A stretch of 64,000 bases of DNA. Source: Puniceicoccaceae bacterium (GTDB taxonomy: Bacteria; Verrucomicrobiota; Verrucomicrobiia; Opitutales; Oceanipulchritudinaceae). The notes under the pieces were generated by a model. It did not search any database. It saw nothing but the letters and a program-made list of their open reading frames with translations, and was not told where the DNA came from. Location: positions 32,001-96,000 of the forward strand of contig JBFOMH010000009.1 of assembly GCA_040830765.1 (NCBI GenBank), read 5' to 3'. Both the position numbers and the translations under genes were made by a program. Below are positions 1 to 9,856 of the stretch, in pieces. The number at the start of each line of letters is the position of its first letter. The first letter of the stretch is position 1.

Positions 1-1
1 C

Positions 2-2374
2 GGGCGGGAATTCATCACCCTCGATCCAACTGGCGAGATTACCAGCCTGAAGGATTTCGAGGACATCCGCCTCAGTGTCGACGGGTCCCAGTTCCTTTTG
101 CGGGACATCGCCAGCGTCCGGCGTGGTTACAAGGAGCCGCAAGGGGATATCATCCGCTTCAATGGCCACAATGGTATCGCCCTGGGTATCTCAACCCGCT
201 CCGGCGGCAATGTCGTGACAATGGGCGAGGCCCTGAAGGCGCGCATGCATGAGTTGGCCGAGGACATACCTCTGGGGATCGAATTTGGTGTCGTTTCCGT
301 GCAGTCCGATGCTGTTACGGCGGCCATTAACAACTTCATCGTCAGCCTGATGCAGGCAGTGGCCATTGTCATCATCGTCCTGTTGCTGTTCATGGGATTG
401 CGTAGCGGACTCCTGATCGGATTCATCCTGGTGGTGACGATTGTCGGTTCATTCATCTTCCTCAGTCCGATGGGAGTTGCCCTCGAGCGAATATCGCTGG
501 GGGCATTGATTATCGCACTGGGGATGCTGGTGGACAACGCGATTGTTGTCGTCGACGGGATGCTCATCCGCATCCAGAAGGGAGAGGAGCCGGAAAAGGC
601 CGCAGCAACGGTGGTCAGCAAGACAGCTATCCCGCTGCTTGGGGCAACTGCCATAGCCATCCTTGCCTTCGCGGCTATCGGGACATCGGAAGATTCCACA
701 GGTGAATTTTGCCGCTCCCTCTTCCAGGTAATCCTCGTTTCCCTCACCCTCAGTTGGGTAACCGCTGTCACCATCACGCCACTACTTGGCGTCCTGGTCC
801 TGAAACGGCCTGAACATAAGGAGGGTGAAGAGGCATCCGATCCCTACGACACCAAGTTCTACCGCGGCTACAAGACCCTCCTGACCCTGTGCGTGCGCAA
901 TCGCTGGATTACGGTAACTGCCGTTGGCCTCATTTTCGCCATTGCCGTGATAAGCTTTGGCAACGTCAAGAGCTCCTTCTTCCCGCCTTCCACACGGCCA
1001 CAGTTCATGGTCGACCTGTGGATGCCGCAGGGGACGCATATTGATGACACGGCCTCGCGGGCCCTCGATTTGGAGCAACGCCTCATGGAGGAGGATGGCG
1101 TAACCAAGGTAACGACCATTGTCGGCAAAGGTGCCTTGCGATTCCTCCTTACCTATGCGCCGGAAAAGACGAACAGCGCCTATGCCCACTTCCTTGTTGA
1201 TGTGGAGGATCCAAAAGCCATCGACGGCTTGCTCCGGAAGATCGACACGGACTACAACGATGCCTTTACCGAAGCGTACCTGTATGGTTACAAATTCGAA
1301 CTCGGCCCGGGGTCAAAGGGTAAGATCGAACCTCGGATTTACGGCGAGGACCCGGATGTCCTGCGGCGACTCGGCGGCGAGGTGGAAGCTATCATCCGGG
1401 CCCAACCGGATGCCAAGGCAATCACCACCAATTGGCGGGAGCGGGTGAAAATCATCCGACCCCAGGTGCTTGAGGAACAGGCCAGCCTGCTCGGGATCAG
1501 CAAACCGAATATTGCGCAGGTCATGCGCGAGGGATTCCAGGGACTGACGGTCGGCATTTACCGTGAGGAGGACATTCTGCTGCCGATTATCCTCAAGGCC
1601 CCGGCTGATGAGCAATCCCGCAGTGCTTACGAGGACAATCTCCAGATCTGGAGCCCGGTGGCCCAGCGATCCGTCCCCTTGAGGCAGATCGTGACCGGTT
1701 TTGAGACCTCATTCGAGGATGAGATTATCTATCGCCGGGACCGGCGTCGCTCCTACTCGATTTATGCTGACCCAAGCCTGAAGACTTCCGCCGAATTGTT
1801 TGATACGATAAAACCGCAAATCGAAGCGGTTGAGATGCCGGATGGTTACTTCCTTGAGTGGGGTGGCGAATACGAGGACTCCGCCCGGGCCAAGGGCTCC
1901 CTTGCAGCTTCCATTCCGACCTTCATTGGGGCCATGATCCTGATGACCATTCTGCTCTTCAATTCCTTGCGACAACCGCTGGTGATCTGGCTTTGTGTGC
2001 CATTGATCATCATCGGGGTCACGATGGGCCTGCTGATGTTTGATCAACCGTTCAACTTCATGGCTATCCTGGGTTTCCTGAGCCTGGTCGGCATGCTGAT
2101 CAAGAATGCCATCGTGCTGATTGATGAAATCAACGAACAGAACCGCCTCGGCAACAATCCCATGAAGGCGATCATTGATTCCGGAACCAGCCGGCTGCGA
2201 CCGGTTGCGATGGCTGCAGCCACGACCGCACTGGGGATGATCCCGCTCTTCTCGGATGACTTCTTCATCGCCATGGCCATCACGATCATCTTCGGCCTCA
2301 TGGTGGGTACCGTCCTGACGATGCTGGTCCTGCCGGTCTTTTATGCTATCATCTTCCGCGTGCCCAACGACTAG
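2..2374 (+). CDS. RND efflux transporter permease, AcrB/AcrD/AcrF family (5' truncated by window edge)
   Basis: Frame is open from base 2. TM4 motif GMLVDNAIVV, TM10 GMLIKNAIVL and SRLRPV; two large periplasmic loops. Confidence 0.93.
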   Translation, partial: GREFITLDPTGEITSLKDFEDIRLSVDGSQFLLRDIASVRRGYKEPQGDIIRFNGHNGIALGISTRSGGNVVTMGEALKARMHELAEDIPLGIEFGVVSVQSDAVTAAINNFIVSLMQAVAIVIIVLLLFMGLRSGLLIGFILVVTIVGSFIFLSPMGVALERISLGALIIALGMLVDNAIVVVDGMLIRIQKGEEPEKAAATVVSKTAIPLLGATAIAILAFAAIGTSEDSTGEFCRSLFQVILVSLTLSWVTAVTITPLLGVLVLKRPEHKEGEEASDPYDTKFYRGYKTLLTLCVRNRWITVTAVGLIFAIAVISFGNVKSSFFPPSTRPQFMVDLWMPQGTHIDDTASRALDLEQRLMEEDGVTKVTTIVGKGALRFLLTYAPEKTNSAYAHFLVDVEDPKAIDGLLRKIDTDYNDAFTEAYLYGYKFELGPGSKGKIEPRIYGEDPDVLRRLGGEVEAIIRAQPDAKAITTNWRERVKIIRPQVLEEQASLLGISKPNIAQVMREGFQGLTVGIYREEDILLPIILKAPADEQSRSAYEDNLQIWSPVAQRSVPLRQIVTGFETSFEDEIIYRRDRRRSYSIYADPSLKTSAELFDTIKPQIEAVEMPDGYFLEWGGEYEDSARAKGSLAASIPTFIGAMILMTILLFNSLRQPLVIWLCVPLIIIGVTMGLLMFDQPFNFMAILGFLSLVGMLIKNAIVLIDEINEQNRLGNNPMKAIIDSGTSRLRPVAMAAATTALGMIPLFSDDFFIAMAITIIFGLMVGTVLTMLVLPVFYAIIFRVPND

Positions 2375-2382
2375 GGCGCCCC

Positions 2383-3174
2383 TCAGCCAAGGGTGATCTC
2401 GCCCCGAAGGTAGGTCCTCGCATTGCCCCCGATGCGGACGCGTTCGCCTGAATCGCGACAGAAAAACTCCCCTCCCCTTGGGGAGATTTGCAGGCCGCGC
2501 AGGTTGACCTTGCCGAGCCGGTTGGCCCAGTAGGGTATGAGCGTGCAATGGGCCGAACCGGTTGCCGGATCCTCGTCTATCCCGGCGCGTGGTGCGAAAA
2601 AGCGGGAGACAAAGTCCACTTCAGCATCGTCCCCGGGAGCAGTGACGATCACGCCGAGGCATTCCCAATCCAGCATGGCGGAAAAGTCCGGTTGCAGGGA
2701 CCTGACTGCCTCCTCACTGGAATAGACAATGAAGTAATCCCGGGCCGCCAGGCACTCATCAGGGACACCTCCGAGGACTCGCTGGAGGTTGGATGGTGCC
2801 TCCAGGGACTTGGGAGGGCGTGATGGAAAATCCAATACAAGTCGACTGCTGTTGCGGGAGACCCCAACCTCCCCACTGAGGGTGTCAAAGCGAATCTCGT
2901 GAGCCCCGTACTGCACCTCGTTGAAGAGGACATGGGCAGTGGCGATGGTCGCATGTCCACAAAGGTCGACTTCCACTGCGGGAGTGAACCAGCGAAGGCC
3001 AAACCATTCACCCTTTTGGAGAACAAAGGCTGTTTCCGAAAGATTGTGCTCCGCGGCCATGGCCTGCATGACGTCGTCCGGAAGCCAATCCCCCTCAAGC
3101 AGACAGACGCCAGCCGGATTGCCTTTGAAAGCCTCATTGGCAAAAACATCGACATGGTAGTACGGAAGCTTCAT
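2383..3174 (-). CDS. PhzF family isomerase/epimerase
   Basis: VDVF..GNPA, NLSETAF, EVDLCGHAT and EDPATGSAH motifs. Start ATG at 3174 overlaps the upstream stop (ATGA). Confidence 0.92.
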   Translation of the reverse strand: MKLPYYHVDVFANEAFKGNPAGVCLLEGDWLPDDVMQAMAAEHNLSETAFVLQKGEWFGLRWFTPAVEVDLCGHATIATAHVLFNEVQYGAHEIRFDTLSGEVGVSRNSSRLVLDFPSRPPKSLEAPSNLQRVLGGVPDECLAARDYFIVYSSEEAVRSLQPDFSAMLDWECLGVIVTAPGDDAEVDFVSRFFAPRAGIDEDPATGSAHCTLIPYWANRLGKVNLRGLQISPRGGEFFCRDSGERVRIGGNARTYLRGEITLG

Positions 3175-3608
3175 GCCGACTCCGCGAATTCCTTGAAGCG
3201 CATCATCATGGTGAAAGTCTGCTTCTTGAAGGCTCCCGGCATAAGCAGCCCCATTAGTTTCATCATGAGGCCGGAAAACTTGAACTCGGTTTGGATAGTC
3301 CACTTGGTCGCTTGCGGTCCGGTTTTCTCGAAGCGGTTTTCGACTAGATTCCAGACTCCCTTGGCCTCGTAGGTTCCACTGAACTTGTCGGGGAAGTCGC
3401 GAACCGTGATCGTCTCCACCAGTTCAACTTCCCGTTTGCCCATGCGATAAAGCATCCTCGACTGGGCTCCTTCCTGACCCGGTTCCCCGCTGATCGCTTC
3501 GAAACTGACCAGCTCGGGCTGCCACTTCTTCATATTTTCCGTACTGTCAAACAGCTCGATAACCCGGTCCCGGGGCAGGCTGATATGTATTTCCTTAACG
3601 TAGCGCAT
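3171..3608 (-). CDS. SRPBCC (START-like/polyketide cyclase) family protein
   Basis: 145 aa; N-terminal EIHISLPRDRV..F....N...WQP pattern and C-terminal helix ending FKEFAE. Confidence 0.8.
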   Translation of the reverse strand: MRYVKEIHISLPRDRVIELFDSTENMKKWQPELVSFEAISGEPGQEGAQSRMLYRMGKREVELVETITVRDFPDKFSGTYEAKGVWNLVENRFEKTGPQATKWTIQTEFKFSGLMMKLMGLLMPGAFKKQTFTMMMRFKEFAESA

Positions 3609-3624
3609 GATCGATCACTCCCGT

Positions 3625-3954
3625 TCAGTGGGTGGCAAGATAGGGAATCGCTCCCGTCAGGTCCGTGTCATCAATGACGACGAAATACCCCTCCGTACCG
3701 GCTTTCCTCGCCTCGGCATAAGGAGCATAATCCGGATCGTCCATGAAGGATTGAACCGCTTCGCGGGAAGGAAACTCAATCAAAGCGATCAAGGCCAGTC
3801 CGGGATCCTCTCCCTCGACGGTATCGATATTTCCAGACCGTGAGAGATATTTGCCTCCGTGGCGGTGAACGATATCGTGGACATTGGCGGCGTAGTCAGG
3901 AATCCAGCTTTCATCAACGACCTTCTGGACGTTGGCAATCAGGTATACGGACAT
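3625..3954 (-). CDS. DUF1330 domain protein
   Basis: HGGKYL, EG..., IEFPS and Y.PY...R motifs; GGAGG RBS upstream. Confidence 0.85.
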   Translation of the reverse strand: MSVYLIANVQKVVDESWIPDYAANVHDIVHRHGGKYLSRSGNIDTVEGEDPGLALIALIEFPSREAVQSFMDDPDYAPYAEARKAGTEGYFVVIDDTDLTGAIPYLATH

Positions 3955-4055
3955 AATCGGTTCCTCCTAAGAAAGGTTAACATTTGAGAGAGCCGACAGG
4001 TTAGCAAATGCACTCTCTAAGCTCAAGACAAGGATGGCTCCTTGGAGCCGTTCGT

Positions 4056-4451
4056 TCAGGATGCCTCGGGCACTACCGATGAGTGATGATGGAGGATGGG
4101 GGTTTCCCTCGCCGTATCGATGAGGTATGTAAACCGGGCTTCAATCCGGCTTTGCTGGCCATCCTTGCTCCATTCCCAGAGATACTTGCCGCTAAGGCAA
4201 TGCACAGAGCCCTCTATCGATTGACTGACGAGAGTATCCTCGTGAATGAGGACATGAATGGCGTCATATCCGGAAAGACCGTCGAAATAATCCCCGATGC
4301 TGTCACTGGAGGCCCGGATCGTCCCGGAAAAGGTAGGCAGGAGAACGGCATCAGCCGTGTACAAGGCAAGGACTCCATCCTTGTCGGCTGTGTTAACCAG
4401 GCGATTCCATTCTGATAGAACTTCACGGGGGCTCTCGTACTTTCCACTCAT
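4056..4451 (-). CDS. NTF2/SnoaL-like protein (CaMKII association-domain-like, DUF4440)
   Basis: ALY..DAVLLPT, ARFTY and ILHHHSS motifs. Confidence 0.8.
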   Translation of the reverse strand: MSGKYESPREVLSEWNRLVNTADKDGVLALYTADAVLLPTFSGTIRASSDSIGDYFDGLSGYDAIHVLIHEDTLVSQSIEGSVHCLSGKYLWEWSKDGQQSRIEARFTYLIDTARETPILHHHSSVVPEAS

Positions 4452-4627
4452 TCGTCATATTCCGGCAAAGATATCAGGCGAAATCAATGCCTATATGGAC
4501 AAGCGATACAAAACCGGAACGGCTGAGAAAAAATTTCTGTACCCGATGGACGGTTAAAACTGGCCTTGCAACTGGCAAACTGTCTGGATTGCGATACCAT
4601 CAAACAAACCATCAACCAAAGGAAGAA

Positions 4628-5386
4628 ATGAAGCCACTGGAAGGAAAAGTCGCCCTCGTCACCGGAGGAACAACAGGAATCGGACGGGACACAGCCGTTA
4701 TTCTAGCAGAAGCCGGAGCGAAGGTGATTGCCACCGGACGCCGCGAGAATGAAGGAATGGAAACGGTCCGATTGATGAAAGAGTCCGGTGGGGAAGGCCT
4801 TTACATCCAGATGGACGTAAAATCCGAGGCCGATATCGTACGGACTGTCCAGACAGTGAAAGAGACCTACGGCAAGCTGGACATCGCGGTCAACAATGCC
4901 GGGGTGGAGTCACTGGGGGCCATTACCGAAATTGAAAAAGATGGTTATGATCATCTTTTTGATATCAATGTCTGGGGTGTCCTGGCCTCGATGAAACACG
5001 AGATTCCTCTCATGCTGGAAAACGGCGGGGGTTCCATCATTAACATGTCCAGCATCGCCGGGCACATCGGTTTCCCCAACATGGCGGTCTACATCGCCAG
5101 CAAGCACGCCGTCGAAGGCCTGACCAAGGTTGCCTCGCTGGAGTATGCAACTGAAGGAATCCGGGTAAACGCCATTGCCCCGGCTGTCATCGAAACCGCC
5201 ATGGCGGATCGCCTTCTGGATTCCTTCGGTGAAGGAAGCAGTGAACAGATTGCCGGCCTGCATCCAATCGGACGCTTTGGCAAGGTGAGGGAAATTTCCG
5301 AAGCCGTCTTGTTTCTGGCCAGCGATGCCTCCAGCTACATCACCGGTGTCAGCCTGAAGGTTGATGGTGGCTTCACCGCCCGCTAA
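4628..5386 (+). CDS. Classical SDR family oxidoreductase
   Basis: TGGTTGIG, NNAG, YIASK and VDGG motifs; start moved to the ATG at 4628 after AAGGAAG. Confidence 0.93.
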   Translation: MKPLEGKVALVTGGTTGIGRDTAVILAEAGAKVIATGRRENEGMETVRLMKESGGEGLYIQMDVKSEADIVRTVQTVKETYGKLDIAVNNAGVESLGAITEIEKDGYDHLFDINVWGVLASMKHEIPLMLENGGGSIINMSSIAGHIGFPNMAVYIASKHAVEGLTKVASLEYATEGIRVNAIAPAVIETAMADRLLDSFGEGSSEQIAGLHPIGRFGKVREISEAVLFLASDASSYITGVSLKVDGGFTAR

Positions 5387-5396
5387 CTGTCTAGCT

Positions 5397-5939
5397 TCAG
5401 TCTCCCAGCACTCCGCGTGCAATCTTGACGGCCTGCTTGTAATGAATCATGAGGTGGAAACCGAACATGCAGTGCCATTGATGGGCATCAAAGTCGCCAA
5501 ATACCGGATGCGGCCGTGTAGCCGTTCCTCTCAAGGCCCCAAGGTCCGGGAGTAAATCGAGATACTCATCCACCGACAACCGGAAGGCCTCAATCTGCTC
5601 CGGTCCGGGATTTGCACCGGGCATGACACCAGTCTTGGGATCAATCTTACCGGCTACCTTGGGCAGTTCCCCCTTGGCTAGACTTCCCACTATGTCCGCC
5701 ATGATCCGGTTCACGATGGCATTGTGCTCTAGAAGCATATACAACGACCATCCACGCATATCCTCGTCCACTCCTGGCATTTTCGGGACCCGAAACGATT
5801 TCATACCCGACTCCGGATCCACACCCGTTGCTAACTGGAGGTACTTGTCAGTCAACCGTTGGATTTGCCTGGTGGCTTGATCCCGGCTGGTGATGGCGAA
5901 CTTCGAGCGGACGGCAGCTTTCAGAATTTTGTCTGTCAT
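5397..5939 (-). CDS. DinB/YfiT-like four-helix bundle protein
   Basis: WSL..LLEH, HPVFG and HLMIH.KQ His pattern. Confidence 0.75.
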   Translation of the reverse strand: MTDKILKAAVRSKFAITSRDQATRQIQRLTDKYLQLATGVDPESGMKSFRVPKMPGVDEDMRGWSLYMLLEHNAIVNRIMADIVGSLAKGELPKVAGKIDPKTGVMPGANPGPEQIEAFRLSVDEYLDLLPDLGALRGTATRPHPVFGDFDAHQWHCMFGFHLMIHYKQAVKIARGVLGD

Positions 5940-5941
5940 GA

Positions 5942-6568
5942 TTATAGATTCCGGTATTCCGACTGCCTTAGCAATCCCGCAGAGAGAAGCAGCTCCTGGA
6001 CTTGATGAATACCGACCACCTTTTCCGCTTGCATACCCAAAGCCCTTGCCGCTCTCACGTTTTTCAGCCTGTCATCCAGGAACAGGCATTCGGGCGGGCG
6101 AAGACCCATTGTCTCGACGACATCCGCAAAGGCAGCCCTGTCCGGCTTGACCAACCCGGTTTGATAGGAAAGGAAGCACTGATCGAGAAGGTCCAGAATA
6201 TCCGTCCGCTCCCTGAGCGCGTCGATATGCACCGGGTTTGTATTGGAAAGACAGGCGATTTTGTAGTTGTTTTTCAGGACACGAAGCAGATTGATGGCGC
6301 CGGGAAAAGGATTCCCAAGGAATCGCGAATGGGCTTCCCGGAATGCCGCCTCGTCGACCTCAACACCAAGATCGCCAATTGCCTGTTCACAAAACCCGGC
6401 AAACCCGATCTTCCCGGTTTCGAAGGCCCTCACCGCCGCCGAGGCAAACCAAGCTTCTCTTACTGCTTCCGGATTAGCCAGGCCGGGACACATTTCCATC
6501 AGGGCCTCTTCCTCCTTCAGTTCAACAAGGACTCCACCAAGATCAAAGAGGATGCACTTAATTTCCAT
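5942..6568 (-). CDS. HAD family phosphatase (YihX-like)
   Basis: ILFDLGGV, LSNTN, KP and FLDD...NV motifs; start placed at ATG 6568. Confidence 0.9.
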   Translation of the reverse strand: MEIKCILFDLGGVLVELKEEEALMEMCPGLANPEAVREAWFASAAVRAFETGKIGFAGFCEQAIGDLGVEVDEAAFREAHSRFLGNPFPGAINLLRVLKNNYKIACLSNTNPVHIDALRERTDILDLLDQCFLSYQTGLVKPDRAAFADVVETMGLRPPECLFLDDRLKNVRAARALGMQAEKVVGIHQVQELLLSAGLLRQSEYRNL

Positions 6569-6578
6569 TTGCCTTTTG

Positions 6579-7277
6579 TCAGAACTGTCCGGATACACCA
6601 AGCCCGACCCACGAGACATCTCCCAGTCCATCATTCTCGACATCCTTTTGGGCCCATGAGTGATTCAAGGAACAAAACAGGGAGGACTTGTGCCCCAGCG
6701 GACAGTGAATCGCCAACCCGGCCTGAAAGTTGTTCAGACCGTCATGCTCCTTGCTGGCATAGCCGAAATCAATCGCCTGCAGGAGGTACGGTTCCACCAC
6801 GAGGCGGCCTTCCAGGAGGGAAATGTCGGTGGAAACAAACAGTTCCAGGAATCCGCCATCCGCGCCTGTCGAGTAGGTATATGTGGCACCGCAGACCAGA
6901 TGCGGAATTTCCCCATAGGCTACTCCAAAATGGACTTCATTGTCGCTTTCGTTGTCCGCCGTGAATTCCAACCGGGTATATCCAGTATGGGCTTCAAGAA
7001 TGCCGATCTCGAATCCATACTCCAGATACAGGTTTAACTCCTCATAGGAAACGCTATCCCCAACAGCAAACCAGATTCCCGCAACAAGGTCCTTCCAGCC
7101 GATGTCGATTTCGCCGGACAAGAGTCCGCCTTCTTCCAGATTGTCGCGGCCTTCGGAAACGTAGCGGGATTCCCACAACAGACCATAACCGACCGGAACA
7201 TCAGCAACTGTTTGAGAAACCGGTAGGCACGTCAAAACCAATAAATGCAAAATCCCCGCTACAAAGCACTTCTTCAT
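6579..7277 (-). CDS. Putative outer-membrane beta-barrel (TorF-like porin-type) protein
   Basis: Signal peptide MKKCFVAGILHLLVL; SRYVSEGRD motif; alternating beta strands; C-terminal Phe. The longer ORF extension overlaps the Nramp gene and is rejected. Confidence 0.65.
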   Translation of the reverse strand: MKKCFVAGILHLLVLTCLPVSQTVADVPVGYGLLWESRYVSEGRDNLEEGGLLSGEIDIGWKDLVAGIWFAVGDSVSYEELNLYLEYGFEIGILEAHTGYTRLEFTADNESDNEVHFGVAYGEIPHLVCGATYTYSTGADGGFLELFVSTDISLLEGRLVVEPYLLQAIDFGYASKEHDGLNNFQAGLAIHCPLGHKSSLFCSLNHSWAQKDVENDGLGDVSWVGLGVSGQF

Positions 7278-7357
7278 CGGAATTGATGAGATACCAAAGA
7301 GGGTAAACCCGTCAAGGAAGGCTGTGGTAAAAGTTGCATCTGATTGGAAATCTTCAG

Positions 7358-8701
7358 TCAAATGCCCAATTCCTTGCGCATCTGCAGAAATCCGAAAACC
7401 AGGAATATAAACAGGGTGCCACAGAGGACGGCAACGGTCAGGAAGCGGTTCTGCTGGGGACCAACCCAATCCTCGTTGCCGTTCAACCGAAGGAGGACCA
7501 GGGCCAGCAAAGGCATAAAAAGAGATCCAAAAATGGCGTAGACCTTCTGCACCAAGCTGAAATCGACAAAGAGACCCAGCATCGGGACAGTGGCGATAAG
7601 ATAAAGGTAGGCGTTGTAGGCAGGACTTTTGGTGATCTTTTCTCTTTCGACCGCGGATACTGGCCCAGACCGGTCTTTCCGGGTTATCCGCCAATAATCG
7701 GCAAACAAGTACGGAACCGCCTGCCACACACCGAGCAAGCTGCTGAAAATAGCACTCCAGGCACCCAATAAAAAGGCCCATCGGCCGACTACACCGATAG
7801 ATGACTCCAGGAGCAGGCCCAACTGCACGACCAAGGTTGCTCCTCCGCCTGGTGGCAGTTCCGGGATCGAACTCCCAATGATGACCATCGACAATCCGAA
7901 TATTGCAGTGGCCAGATAGGCGAATCCGAGGTCCAGGCGACAGTTGTTCAAATGGCCGATTCCCGTCATTCCTGATTCCCGCATCCAGTAACCATAGCAA
8001 AGGATTGTCAGGGTACCGCCAACTCCGCCCATGAGGGCAATTGTCCAGCCCAGTCCAGGCCCATCGATTGAGGGAATGATCGGAACAAAAAGCCCGCTGG
8101 TCACAGCGCCCCAGTCCTGACAAATGATGATAGCCGTAGTCACCACGACAACAAACATCAACCCGATACAAACCAGCATCACCTTCTTGAAGAGCCTGAA
8201 TCCGCCGGCCTTTACCAGGACGACACCGAGGACGCTATGGATAATACCAAAGACAATTTTCCCATGGTCCGGGTCGTCAAATACCGGGATAATGGCCTGC
8301 ATGGCCACGCCACAAGCGGACATTAATGCTAACCCGACAAAAAAACTCCACAGGAGCAGGTAGGGAAGAAAGACAAAGGTGACGGGACGACCCAGGCGCT
8401 GAATGGCCCCCTCCAGCAGGGTTTCCTTGGTTGCCAATTGCCACCGTGCGAGGCCTTCGTTGAGGACAAACTTTAGGAAAGCCCCGAGCAGAACAGCCCA
8501 AAGAACGGCAACACCCAACTTGTTCCCCGTAAAGGCCGCTGTTGCGAGGTCCCCTGCCCCCACCCCCGTGGCGGCAACAAGGATGCCCGGGCCAACCAGC
8601 ACCAATAGGCTGAAAAATCGATTTCCGGACGGTTTCAATGGATTGGAAGGGGGTTCATTGGTAAATTTTATCTGACAATTCCGGGGATATCGGCCTGTCA
8701 T
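7358..8701 (-). CDS. Nramp-family divalent metal transporter (MntH-related)
   Basis: GPGILVAATGVGAGDL and GGVGGT motifs; about 11 TM segments. The true start may be slightly downstream. Confidence 0.82.
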   Translation of the reverse strand: MTGRYPRNCQIKFTNEPPSNPLKPSGNRFFSLLVLVGPGILVAATGVGAGDLATAAFTGNKLGVAVLWAVLLGAFLKFVLNEGLARWQLATKETLLEGAIQRLGRPVTFVFLPYLLLWSFFVGLALMSACGVAMQAIIPVFDDPDHGKIVFGIIHSVLGVVLVKAGGFRLFKKVMLVCIGLMFVVVVTTAIIICQDWGAVTSGLFVPIIPSIDGPGLGWTIALMGGVGGTLTILCYGYWMRESGMTGIGHLNNCRLDLGFAYLATAIFGLSMVIIGSSIPELPPGGGATLVVQLGLLLESSIGVVGRWAFLLGAWSAIFSSLLGVWQAVPYLFADYWRITRKDRSGPVSAVEREKITKSPAYNAYLYLIATVPMLGLFVDFSLVQKVYAIFGSLFMPLLALVLLRLNGNEDWVGPQQNRFLTVAVLCGTLFIFLVFGFLQMRKELGI

Positions 8702-8739
8702 TTGACAGAATTGACCTACTGCCTCATTTTACTTCTACC

Positions 8740-9282
8740 ATGAGAAAATTAGCAACCATCATCTCGCTGTCCCTCCTCACACTCGCTTTTCAAGCAGAAG
8801 CGGCCAAGAAAGTCGTTCTCGATGCACAAATTGAAGAAGCGGTCGAAAGTTTCTACGAGTTGACCTCAGCTGGAAAGAAACTGGCCAAGAAATCCGAGGG
8901 CATGCTGGTTTTCCCCAGTGTCAAGAAGGCTGGTATTGGAATCGGGGGAGAATACGGAGAAGGTGCCCTTCTGGTCGACGGGAAGATTGTCCAGTACTAC
9001 AGCACGGCCGCCGCATCCATCGGCTTTCAACTGGGTGCCCAGGTGAAGACCCAGATCATTCTCTTCATGGACAAGGGTGCCCTGAAGAACTTCCGCAACA
9101 GTGACGGTTGGGAAGTCGGCGTGGATGGCAGTGTTGCCATCGCGACACTCGGTGCCGGGGGCGAGATCGAGACCAAGACCCTCAACCAGCCCATCATCGG
9201 ATTTATTTTTGGCAATAAGGGCCTGATGTATAACTTGACCCTGGAAGGCTCCAAGCTGAGCAAGATCGAGAAGAAAAAGTAA
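8740..9282 (+). CDS. Secreted Ysc84/SYLF lipid-binding domain protein
   Basis: Signal peptide; LVFP.V.KAG.GIGG.YG.G, S.GFQ.G.Q and GLM...LEG motifs. Confidence 0.85.
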   Translation: MRKLATIISLSLLTLAFQAEAAKKVVLDAQIEEAVESFYELTSAGKKLAKKSEGMLVFPSVKKAGIGIGGEYGEGALLVDGKIVQYYSTAAASIGFQLGAQVKTQIILFMDKGALKNFRNSDGWEVGVDGSVAIATLGAGGEIETKTLNQPIIGFIFGNKGLMYNLTLEGSKLSKIEKKK

Positions 9283-9323
9283 CTGGAAATCGGTCCCCGA
9301 AACCTGAAATTGCAGAAATTCAT

Positions 9324-9353
9324 GAGCCAGGGTAAATTGCCCTGGCTCTTTTT
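9324..9353 (+). terminator. Rho-independent terminator
   Basis: GAGCCAGGGT-aaatt-GCCCTGGCTC hairpin followed by a T run. Confidence 0.8.
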
Positions 9354-9377
9354 ATGGCTGTAAAAACAGACGAATGA

Positions 9378-9788
9378 TTAACGCAACCTGCTGACAGCTG
9401 CTTCCCCTTCTGTTTCTGGAACTTGCTCAAATTTAGGACGACCCGCAGGCCAGCCCCACTTGATCACACACCTGATGTAGACTACTTCGCCGGGCTGAAT
9501 ATAGACCGATAAAAAATCCTGACCATCAAGTGAAGGTCCTCGAACCGAAAAGTAATGTTCACCTGGCTCAACAGTTCTCTCAAAAACTTGCCCATTGGAA
9601 AGCGACCCCATGGGCCGGCCTTGGTCTTCAATATTGAATCGAATCGCGGCCCCCTTGGCTTTTTTTGGCCGATAGAAGACAATTTTACCGGGTTCGTCCG
9701 TGTCTTCTGAAGAAGCCATCGTCTCGGCAATGACCGGAGTGGTGAGAAACGCAATTAGGGAAAGAAAGAAAATGGACTTGTTCATCAT
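9378..9788 (-). CDS. Secreted DUF2846-like protein
   Basis: Signal peptide; IVFYR..., G.L.NG, PGEH and PGEVVYIR pattern. Confidence 0.65.
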   Translation of the reverse strand: MMNKSIFFLSLIAFLTTPVIAETMASSEDTDEPGKIVFYRPKKAKGAAIRFNIEDQGRPMGSLSNGQVFERTVEPGEHYFSVRGPSLDGQDFLSVYIQPGEVVYIRCVIKWGWPAGRPKFEQVPETEGEAAVSRLR

Positions 9789-9856
9789 CAGAAATGAGTG
9801 GTTAAAATACTTACGGATCGGATTAAACCGATAATCTTTCAACCTGCAAAGTCAAA

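Noticed and set aside
7278..8171. Long N-terminal extension of ORF 6579..8171
   Set aside because: It overlaps the Nramp gene in another frame on the same strand and has no protein-like features; a signal peptide starts at 7277.
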